The notes under the pieces are model-generated. The model worked only from the letters and a program-made list of their open reading frames with translations. It was not told where the DNA came from and ran no database searches. Shown here piece after piece: positions 51,506-60,287 of a DNA stretch of 64,000 bases. A program made the translations under genes and the position numbers. The DNA is from Barthelona sp. PCE. Its lineage: Eukaryota. Numbering within the stretch: the first letter of the stretch is position 1; each line of letters starts with the position of its first letter. The DNA lies in the NCBI GenBank assembly GCA_040285745.1, contig JAUFOR010000003.1, positions 992,001 to 1,056,000 on the forward strand. The letters are read 5' to 3'.

Positions 51506-54500
51506 ATGAGTTCGCATTATGATGCTCAATCATTCCGGACATCGGTGCCAAAGATGACCAACATAATAGCTGGAAATGTTCAATTGGGCAACATTTATGG
51601 TATTCATCGTGATAACCTTATTCAGTATAATATTGACTCTAGGGAGAGCACAGTGATCCCAGTTCCTGATCCTGCAGCTATTACCAGCCTTATTTCTGAT
51701 CCACTTACAGGGGTTTTGTTTATTGTCTGTAACAACCAGATTTGCTATCTCATACCGGGCCAAGAGTGCACACAGCTTGAGCCAATCCACATGGTGTTCG
51801 GCATCCCAATACCAATTGTCGATGTAATGGTGATATCAATGTCAACAAACGGAGGTCATATTGCTGTATGTTTTTTCACTGATGGTTCTTATTGGGTACA
51901 TACCATAGATGTCACCAACCCCTACAACTTCATCAACGCGGGTTCTCATCAACTACATCAAGAATCTATTACAGCATTAGCACTGAATCATAATGGACGT
52001 AAAATATTAGCGGCTTGCAACAATACATCTTATGACTTTATGGAAATTAACTTCGATAGTGGAGAGCAGCGTTTCATACCGCTGTATCCCGATGCAGATC
52101 AGCCTCTTGTTAAAAGTTTCTTCTGTCATGGCGATCACATTCATTGGGTTTATGCTGAGAACTTGTTGTATCACTACACCATTGTAAGCCCGGGTGAGGA
52201 TAGGGTAGAGGATCACCACTCCATGGAAATGGAAAGCTGGGTGTGCGATATTCAACGCGTGCATGGTGATCAACTGCTTGTCAAGCTAGAAGGAGGAATG
52301 TTCGAGATAATGCGCTTAGACAGCCCCCGCTCCGGAATCAAGACGTTTACGTGTTATAAAATGAACGTAACATTTATTGTTCCAGGTGAGGAACAGTTTT
52401 GGATAGTTGCTCCCTATGAAGGAAAATTACGTGCATATAAAGCTGATCAGGATGAAAGCACCCCTGAAAGGAAGCGTGGTCGGAAAAGACGACGAGCTAA
52501 TAAGACTGAGGAAGGTGGAGAAGGGAGATCTGAAAGAAAACGTGGAAATCGCGGTTACCGTAATAACAATGCAAAGCTAGAAGAGGGTGAGCAGGCCCCG
52601 GTGTTGAAGCGTAAGAAACGGAGAAACGAGCGAGACGGGACGATGTTTGAAAGTTCAAAATGTGCAATAATTGTTTCCGGTGGTATTGCCAAGATTCACT
52701 CCATGAGTTCTCCGGACGGGGAGCCCGTTACAGACTACTGCGTATCAAAAACTGCAATGGCTGCAGTTGTGCATGATGAAATAGTCGTTTGTGATAGTCA
52801 ACGAGATCTCATCCGAGTCAGTGCGCCGGAAGGTGCCATCAAGATAGTAATTGTGAACAACCGCATCGTTTGCATTGGTAAGTCTCAGTGTGTCGTCTAT
52901 GATATGACACTGAAGGGTGTAGCAAGCCATAGTGTTGAGATCTCGAAAGTCAAGGACTATGTTGTGGGTGACAATGTGTTTTACATTCTATTTGATAGCT
53001 ATTCGGTATTTGGAGCACATGTATACAGTTCCAAAACAATTACTATTCCTTTCTCAGCAACAAAAATAGTTGAATTCAAAATAAGCGATGTTAAAACAGA
53101 CCTTTCGTTAAAATATGATGTCAAGAAGCCGGTAAGATGCTTGATAAGATATAATGAGTATGGGTTTTTTCATTCAAATGATTGGATGAACAGTGCGGCT
53201 CAGTTGGCAGTAATTGGACAGCAATCGGTCGCTGATAACATAATCCCGTCTGCTAAACCCATTGTTGCGCACGGAAAAAAGGCAGTTACCGAGTATAAAA
53301 GCATTTTCGACAAGCAAAAGGCTGGTATAAAAAATTTACTCGAGCGCTTGGTTGCTAAGGACGAAAAACAGGTGAATGAACTTATTTGGGCGATGGAGCA
53401 TCTATTGATTAATATGGATGCATGTTATGAGAGATGCAAAGCTAACATCAACGAGAACGTTCTCGTTGAGTTGTTAAAGTGCAAAAAATCATGGAAATAC
53501 CCTGAGGAGATTACGTATGATACTATTCGGGTGTTGGAAAAAATGCAGGGTGAGATCAATGCATTGTGCGGAGACGTTAATCCGAGAGCAGTGCGGACAC
53601 ACTTTCTAAGACGTTTAGAGATGATGTATCTACGAAATCCGTCATTGTTGATTGCAAACGAAGCGCATATGCAGCGTATAGATGCAGCAATTGCAACAAA
53701 CAACAAGTATTTCACTTTCTGGAAAGAATTCAAAATCGAAACACACATTTGTGCAGCTCTCGGAGCTTGTCTTGCACTCAAAGACAGACTCATAGGTGTA
53801 GTAGCCATGATGAAGGAAGGTTCAGATGTGCTTTCTGATGCAAGAGACATTGCAAGAGAGTCAATGCGTATCCAATCGACTATTAATAACGTTTTCGTTC
53901 ATTTTGCAACAAATAGCATCCGCATAGAGGCAAATGGCATCTTAGACCGTCAATTAGCACTTGTATCTTTCAAAAAAGCTAGTTATACAGCTGAAATGAT
54001 GCTCAACAAGTTTAACCTAAAGGTAGACTGTGATGTAGATGTGGAGTGCGCCGCTTTATACTCTAACGCTTTGTTATTGGGGCTGCATGACGAAAAAGTC
54101 ATGCAAAAAGATGCCCAGAGAGACACATATCTTAAATGTTTCTGCGTGTCAGATCTTCATCGCGATAGGTCACTAAACTCCTTACGAAACGAGTTAAATG
54201 TGCTTCTCCGCCATGAAGATAGTTTTATTTCAGTAGAACGCCTCGTATTTGTCGTTGACGGAAATACTCCAACAGTTTCATATATTGTTTTAGAGCTAGA
54301 GTATGCATCATTTGATCTTATCATGTACATAGAGCACTTTTGCACCCCTTTTAATCTTGAACAGCGGCACACAATTGCACGTCGGCTAATTACCGCAATG
54401 TGGACACTTCATAGTATGAACATTATTTGGAGAGATGTAGCACCTCAAAATGTTCTAATATTTTGTGAAGAGGATGGTACCATTACTGACGTGAAGCTGT

Positions 54501-56095
54501 GCGATTTTTCTTCGGTGTTGATTGAGGGGGACACAAATACGCGACATAACTTAGCCCAAATATCAGCATCATTTAATTGCGTTGCGCCAGAGGCCAAAGC
54601 AGGTCAGTTTTCGTTTGAAAGCGATGTTTTTGCGTTAGGTTCTGTGTTGATGTACACATATGGATGTTCAGTCTCAAGAAACATGCCTGTTGATGAAGTT
54701 TTACTAATTAACGGATCCCCGATAAACACACTACGACGTGTTCGTGCGCAACTTCCCCAGTTACGACCAAAATTGGAAGAGTTAGTCAATGATGGCAGTT
54801 TCACAACAGAAAGGATTTCAAATCGCTTCCCTCTCATTAAGAAGCATGTGAAACACCACGTGGACTATGTCAAAGAAAGTATAGAGCACTTTTCTCGTAG
54901 GCAAGAAACCGTAAATATGAATGATTTTCGAACAGCTTTTCCATTTGTGTTTTCAAATCGGGAAACCTTCTTCAATACCGAAGCGCTCACAATAGACAGC
55001 CAACATGGTGTTATTTTTTACTTAAATGGTGTTTCAATGAGCAAATTCGAAATTTTTGCAGACGAAGTGTTCAAACTGAGATTGTTACACGATTATATAC
55101 TATTAAACGGTAATTTGAACCCAAATGCAACTGATGATGATCTTCGTGCTGTTGCTAATCTTCTCTATCTTTGCATAGAGCACGATGTGCATCTTATACC
55201 GGATTATTTACCGCCTTGGATTATTATTGCGCTTTCTGACGATTATAATTCTGTTAATGACCCCACTTTATTCAAGAAAGCATTTTATGTGCAACATTCT
55301 CAAATGATAAGCAATTATTTGACTGGTTGTGCTGAATGGAATGAAAAAGTTGTTGATGCGACTACATTCCCCGAATATGAGTTGTTTTTCATAGAAGAGA
55401 CCATTGAAACATACGCTCACGCTATGCGTATAATCCATGAAACATTCAGAACAGGCCCAGCAGTTGCTCAACTCAACAATTTATCATTTGAGGAAATATT
55501 TGCATTACTCATTTCAGACAAGAACCTTGATGTTTTATACATCACATCTCAGCTTGATTATGGAAATAATGTTGATTCAACACAGCGTTTGACATTAGAA
55601 AGGGCAATCTCTGAACTTGATTCTGTCGAAAGGACAAAGCTCGTATACTGGATGAGTGGCCTATCCCAGCTTCGCAACTATAAAGTTTGCACTCGGCCTG
55701 CTCATTCACACGTGAGTATATCACCTTCTTTGAGGCAAATTACATTGCCACAGAACGGAGAAGTACTTTCTGACTTGAAGCGTGGAATTGCAGATGTTTA
55801 TGGAATGCAACATAAGATGGCTCTTGCCCACGCACTAAGCGAACTGCAAACAGGAGATATTGACAGTATAAACAACAGAATTGTGAAGTTATCACATGTT
55901 CGTATATGTCCCTTCTGTTTCACACAGCATGAGTGCGATGATGGATTGATCAAGTGCAAAACATGTTCTCTATTGTTCTGCCCACGGTGCTTAAAGCTGC
56001 AATGTCGCCAACTAAAACACTGTAATGTTGCTCCAGTGCAAACATTATCTCAGACAATGATTCAGAAAACCCTGGATGTGTTACTACAATCCTAA
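51506..56095 (+). CDS. 1529-aa multidomain protein: beta-propeller-like, protein kinase, HECT-like, C-terminal IBR/RING-like zinc finger
   Basis: Kinase motifs YLK, NEL, IIWRDVAPQNVLI, KLCDFS, APE, SDVFALG; HECT-like ERTKLVYWMSG...QITLP; CPFC...CKTC...FCPRC. Confidence 0.75.
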   Translation: MSSHYDAQSFRTSVPKMTNIIAGNVQLGNIYGIHRDNLIQYNIDSRESTVIPVPDPAAITSLISDPLTGVLFIVCNNQICYLIPGQECTQLEPIHMVFGIPIPIVDVMVISMSTNGGHIAVCFFTDGSYWVHTIDVTNPYNFINAGSHQLHQESITALALNHNGRKILAACNNTSYDFMEINFDSGEQRFIPLYPDADQPLVKSFFCHGDHIHWVYAENLLYHYTIVSPGEDRVEDHHSMEMESWVCDIQRVHGDQLLVKLEGGMFEIMRLDSPRSGIKTFTCYKMNVTFIVPGEEQFWIVAPYEGKLRAYKADQDESTPERKRGRKRRRANKTEEGGEGRSERKRGNRGYRNNNAKLEEGEQAPVLKRKKRRNERDGTMFESSKCAIIVSGGIAKIHSMSSPDGEPVTDYCVSKTAMAAVVHDEIVVCDSQRDLIRVSAPEGAIKIVIVNNRIVCIGKSQCVVYDMTLKGVASHSVEISKVKDYVVGDNVFYILFDSYSVFGAHVYSSKTITIPFSATKIVEFKISDVKTDLSLKYDVKKPVRCLIRYNEYGFFHSNDWMNSAAQLAVIGQQSVADNIIPSAKPIVAHGKKAVTEYKSIFDKQKAGIKNLLERLVAKDEKQVNELIWAMEHLLINMDACYERCKANINENVLVELLKCKKSWKYPEEITYDTIRVLEKMQGEINALCGDVNPRAVRTHFLRRLEMMYLRNPSLLIANEAHMQRIDAAIATNNKYFTFWKEFKIETHICAALGACLALKDRLIGVVAMMKEGSDVLSDARDIARESMRIQSTINNVFVHFATNSIRIEANGILDRQLALVSFKKASYTAEMMLNKFNLKVDCDVDVECAALYSNALLLGLHDEKVMQKDAQRDTYLKCFCVSDLHRDRSLNSLRNELNVLLRHEDSFISVERLVFVVDGNTPTVSYIVLELEYASFDLIMYIEHFCTPFNLEQRHTIARRLITAMWTLHSMNIIWRDVAPQNVLIFCEEDGTITDVKLCDFSSVLIEGDTNTRHNLAQISASFNCVAPEAKAGQFSFESDVFALGSVLMYTYGCSVSRNMPVDEVLLINGSPINTLRRVRAQLPQLRPKLEELVNDGSFTTERISNRFPLIKKHVKHHVDYVKESIEHFSRRQETVNMNDFRTAFPFVFSNRETFFNTEALTIDSQHGVIFYLNGVSMSKFEIFADEVFKLRLLHDYILLNGNLNPNATDDDLRAVANLLYLCIEHDVHLIPDYLPPWIIIALSDDYNSVNDPTLFKKAFYVQHSQMISNYLTGCAEWNEKVVDATTFPEYELFFIEETIETYAHAMRIIHETFRTGPAVAQLNNLSFEEIFALLISDKNLDVLYITSQLDYGNNVDSTQRLTLERAISELDSVERTKLVYWMSGLSQLRNYKVCTRPAHSHVSISPSLRQITLPQNGEVLSDLKRGIADVYGMQHKMALAHALSELQTGDIDSINNRIVKLSHVRICPFCFTQHECDDGLIKCKTCSLLFCPRCLKLQCRQLKHCNVAPVQTLSQTMIQKTLDVLLQS

Positions 56096-56298
56096 CTGCT
56101 GAAGAAGATTTTTGTTGTGAGTGATCATTGCATCAAAAGTAAATTTTTTGACAATTTTAATTCGAAACCTTTTGTACAGTTATGTTCTTGCTTCCACAGA
56201 TATTAAATGACTAAAACGAGGTTTTATAATGCTTGAATGTTATATTTGAGGCTGAGGCTTCATAATTCAATTTCTCTCTCTTTCTTTATCTCCTTTTT

Positions 56299-57228
56299 AT
56301 GTTACATATCAAAGTATCACACAAGTTAGAGCTTCAGGGTATTGGTCTTGACCTCACCACTAGCGAAGATGGATCCATGTTTTGCTATTCTGCAGACGAT
56401 AAGGTAAAAGTTTACACATACGATCACTCAGAAGGCTTTGTGCACAAGATTGACTTTACATACGAAAACTGTGCTGCTTATTGCATTTTTATAGGGAACG
56501 ATCATTTAATCATGGGAACTCATTACGGTTTTGGTGTGTATTCCCTCGCAACTGGTGCATGCCTCCATGAGAGTGAAGACAGCTGGTCTGAGGAGATCTA
56601 CGCTATGGAATCCTTTACCATAAGCGAATCCGAGTTTTTGTTTGCCGCTGGTGGAATGGCCGGAGATTTCAGGCAATACAAAATCGTCATAGCGGATCAG
56701 GAGCGTGTCGAAGTGGAAACCATTATTGAAATGGATGATGAAGCATTCTGTGATGCTGAAGGCGTAAACGGTTTAGCTTATTATGATGAAAATCGTCTTT
56801 TTGTTTTCGTTGGCGACTCTTCAGTCACATATATCGACCCGATGGATCCAGACCAGAGCCCAGAAGATATTGCTGAACCAGTTGAACTCCCTGATGGTTT
56901 CAGCGCAGACTCTGTTTCTTTGTATCATATGGAGGCGGGTACATTTGTTGCATGCACTAAGTTATGCAGTGTGACACGTGATTTGGAGTTTGGAGAGCCT
57001 GTTGATGATTTTACTGTTAGATCAGTAGTTGCAATGAACAGTCAGTATTTGGGTGGCTTCACTGAAACGGAAGTGTGTGTTTTCGACGCTGAAAGTGGTC
57101 AGAAGGTAGGTTCATTTGCTCAACAATTTGTTCGTGTTGCTTTAAAAGGTAAACCTGGTACTTTCTTCTTTGATGTTTGTAAGCTTGAATCTAACTCTCA
57201 TATTGTATTTGCAGCTTCATTGGAATAA
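56299..57228 (+). CDS. acidic beta-propeller (WD40-like) protein
   Basis: Repeated short beta-strand motifs (DDKVKVYTY, FAAGGMAG, VCVFDAESG). Confidence 0.65.
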   Translation: MLHIKVSHKLELQGIGLDLTTSEDGSMFCYSADDKVKVYTYDHSEGFVHKIDFTYENCAAYCIFIGNDHLIMGTHYGFGVYSLATGACLHESEDSWSEEIYAMESFTISESEFLFAAGGMAGDFRQYKIVIADQERVEVETIIEMDDEAFCDAEGVNGLAYYDENRLFVFVGDSSVTYIDPMDPDQSPEDIAEPVELPDGFSADSVSLYHMEAGTFVACTKLCSVTRDLEFGEPVDDFTVRSVVAMNSQYLGGFTETEVCVFDAESGQKVGSFAQQFVRVALKGKPGTFFFDVCKLESNSHIVFAASLE

Positions 57229-57676
57229 CTGTCACGCAACAATAGCCAGTAAATACAGTTAGTTTTTATTCAGATTTTTTACTGACTTCTTCAACATGAA
57301 AAACAAACACTCTGCAATATCTATGTCATTGAATGTGAAATACACAACGCTTTCAACACCTGAACAGCTGATATAAAGTCGCTAAAACAATAAACAGTAA
57401 CTCAAAAAATTGAAGTCCCAAAACAAAGACAAAAAACCCAATGTAAGCCCTCACAGCCGTGGAAACCCAAGGATTATATCAAGACATGCTGATATCCAAT
57501 GAAATCAGATAGAAACAAGTATATGCTACTTAAAGTAAGCTGCCACTGTTCCCACTTACCAAGAGAGCATATATAAGCAATTTTCTGGAATTACTAAGGT
57601 TCATAGTGCAGTAGGATAACGACATTCTCCTTAAACTTTTTTTCCCTTTATCTTTGTTTAACGCTAATTTTTTGCA

Positions 57677-57853
57677 ATGGCCAAGAGTAGAAACGCGGGA
57701 TCATCCAACGTCACCATTAAGAACCACCGTAACGGTATCAAGAGACCCAAACGTCAAAGAAAGCTCAGCATTAAAAACATGCATCAGAGTTTCCGTCGTA
57801 ATCAGAAGTTCGCACGCAAAAACAACCGTGTGGTAGTCGAAAAGAAGGAGTAA
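57677..57853 (+). CDS. RPL29: 60S ribosomal protein L29 (eL29), 58 aa (absent from ORF track)
   Basis: Manual translation MAKSRNAGSSNVTIKNHRNGIKRPK...FRRNQKFARKNN matches eL29 (MAKSKN...K.HRNGIKKP...F.RN..FA.K.N). Confidence 0.92.
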   Translation: MAKSRNAGSSNVTIKNHRNGIKRPKRQRKLSIKNMHQSFRRNQKFARKNNRVVVEKKE

Positions 57854-58309
57854 TCACTGCAATATACGTCGAGAAAATTTTTTTACTTTTTATTCAATGA
57901 AATAAATAGTTTTTATCACACCTTTGGGGGGTATTGTGCAACAGACAATACCAAATTTCAACTTTGAAAGTTCTGGTCACCAGTTTGTATCCCATTATAA
58001 GCTGAATGGAAAGTAGTTTTCTAATTGAACTTTAAGTACTGACCAGATGAAATTCAAGAGCGTTGAGACATTAAAAAGAACCCAACTAGTTGACTGTAAG
58101 AAATAGGTATTAGACAGGTGAATTTCTCATATCATTTCCTAGTTTTTCAAAATAGGATAAAGATGCCTTTAATTGAATGTCCACAAATACATTGTGACAG
58201 AAAACGTTTACGAAATTCAGAACACAATTTCTAAATTTTTCTCTTTCAATATACTGCATTGATTTTTCCATACATTTTTTTCAATTACGGTTGCATAATT
58301 TACAAATGA

Positions 58310-59689
58310 TTAGACTGCTGTATCTCTGAAATAAAGGACCTGCTGCGTGATTGCGTCGAATGGAAGTGTTGCATCAACCTTCAAAACGTTACGGGGGAAT
58401 AAACGCTCAGCTTCAGCAACCATCTCTTCAGCGTTGGCATATATCTGCTCACAGACCTCAGGTGCATCCAATGGGGAGCGGACAACACCCTCAGGGAACT
58501 CGTCCTCGGTATCCTTGAACTTTGCAACACCATATTCAAAGTATCTGTTTTCGGCACGAAAAGCGACATCGTCATGTTTGCTTTCCAGATAGACAAGTCT
58601 ATCCATGACGAAGCCTGCCTTCTGAAGGTGCTCCACATCCGTCTTATTACGTGGGAAGCCATCAACAACAAGTGGGACACCGTTGTGCTCATGAACATAT
58701 TCTAAGAACATAGGTACTAAAACATCAGAGGAAACGTGATGTTTTGCCAGTAAATCGGTTGTCTCGTGGTCAAAATGACGAAGAAGCATACCAATGTTAA
58801 CATATGGAACAGTTAAAATTTCGCTGAGCTTCCAAGCCTGTGAGGTCTTACCCAATGTGGTGGGACCGCACACAAAGATGCTCGCTTGCTTACGTTTGAC
58901 TTCTCTGGGAAGTTGTGCGTTCGTGCGAAGGTACTTTCTGATATCTTCGTATATTTCATCAGGGTGCTTTGCGCCATCGACTTGGAATTCCAGAGACTTG
59001 TAGAGGCACCTGATACCACGCATGTTACGGTGATACAGACCAAGGCGGGTACGCATGGCGGCCTCAGTGTCGTCCTTCCTGTGGATCAACCTCGAAAGGA
59101 TCTCCTTTGGTGGAGGCGAAAACTTCAAGTGGTAAATGTGGCCGTCAGTTGGATCCATCATGCGGCCCAATGCACGCTCAACAAGAACGTCGTCGTCAAC
59201 AACGATGTTGATGAACTTATTAGCGAGACACCCACTGGTTTGCAAAAAGATCGCCTGTGCACGGTTACGAGGGAATCCATCTAAAAGCCAACCCTTCTCT
59301 AGACAATCAGGCTCGCTCAAGCGGTTGATTACGATGCCGCAGATGATGTCGTCAGGTACGTAGTTTCCATTGCTGATATGAGAGTCAGCAATTTTGCCCA
59401 ACTCTGTTTTGTTCCTGATCTCACGGCGCAGAATTGCACCTGTGCTGATGTGGACGACGCCGAACTCCTCCACAATCTCTTCTGATTGTGTACCCTTTCC
59501 GGCGGCTGGTGGACCTGAGATAATTATGCGCAGAACGGGGTTTCGCTTCAGATAGTCCCTTAAATGGACGAGATGGTCCGAAGGCTGGGATGTAATAAGC
59601 TCAGAATAGCACTCGTTGAGCAACTGGTTCAAGTTATTCGTCGTAGCATACTCAGATGCACGTTTAAAAAATTCAGATTTTGTTTGCAT
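58310..59689 (-). CDS. AK8: adenylate kinase with tandem AK domains (AK8-like, ciliary)
   Basis: N-terminal docking-type helices, GPPAAGKGT, LDGFPR, second domain with GPTTLGKT and VDGFPR. Confidence 0.8.
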   Translation of the reverse strand: MQTKSEFFKRASEYATTNNLNQLLNECYSELITSQPSDHLVHLRDYLKRNPVLRIIISGPPAAGKGTQSEEIVEEFGVVHISTGAILRREIRNKTELGKIADSHISNGNYVPDDIICGIVINRLSEPDCLEKGWLLDGFPRNRAQAIFLQTSGCLANKFINIVVDDDVLVERALGRMMDPTDGHIYHLKFSPPPKEILSRLIHRKDDTEAAMRTRLGLYHRNMRGIRCLYKSLEFQVDGAKHPDEIYEDIRKYLRTNAQLPREVKRKQASIFVCGPTTLGKTSQAWKLSEILTVPYVNIGMLLRHFDHETTDLLAKHHVSSDVLVPMFLEYVHEHNGVPLVVDGFPRNKTDVEHLQKAGFVMDRLVYLESKHDDVAFRAENRYFEYGVAKFKDTEDEFPEGVVRSPLDAPEVCEQIYANAEEMVAEAERLFPRNVLKVDATLPFDAITQQVLYFRDTAV

Positions 59690-60051
59690 TGTATATATAG
59701 GTTGTATTACGGATATTTAGGTGTTTTAGGTAAATTTGATGATGCAAAATCGATTTAAAGCCCGGGATGTTGTGATACGGTGAGATATGCGATAGCGTCT
59801 ATTCAGCCAGATATTGTTCTGAATTCATGTTGCATGAGGTTAAAACTGTGTATAATATGCTGCGATGGCTGTACAAATGTCTTACTGGACTCATGGAATA
59901 GGAATTTCCATTTTTGGTGAATAGACGATTCACATCAAAGTGGCAAGACACTGTGGATTTAAAAAGCAGAAAAATACCTCTGCCACGAGTTTTAGCCCTG
60001 GTTTAAGACATTTCCTGCAATAAACTTTTTGCTTTCTTCAAACCCTTTACA

Positions 60052-60258
60052 ATGGCTTCCGAAGGGACTCCACTCGAAAAAGTCATAACAATCATGATTT
60101 TAGTATGCCTTAGCCTTGGAGTTTGTTTTTGGTATTGTTGCCTAAAAAAGCAACCACAAACATTTGCTGTTTCCTCAAAGCCAGCAACATTGGCGAATTT
60201 CAAAGGACCAACCCCCATGCATGATCCACATCCCGAACCAAAATACAATAGTGACTAG
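60052..60258 (+). CDS. small single-TM protein
   Basis: 68 aa, TM followed by CCLKK; ATG after a pyrimidine-rich leader; AATAAA just downstream. Confidence 0.5.
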   Translation: MASEGTPLEKVITIMILVCLSLGVCFWYCCLKKQPQTFAVSSKPATLANFKGPTPMHDPHPEPKYNSD

Positions 60259-60287
60259 TATAAATGAATAAAATCACATTTTATTGC

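Noticed and set aside
57654-57836. 60-aa ORF in the track
   Set aside because: Out-of-frame shadow of RPL29.
59810-59845. Resemblance to the RNase P CR-V region (ACCTCAT...AATTCAGA, minus strand)
   Set aside because: No complementary CR-I strand to form P4 was found, so the family call was dropped. The structure is kept as an unassigned candidate.
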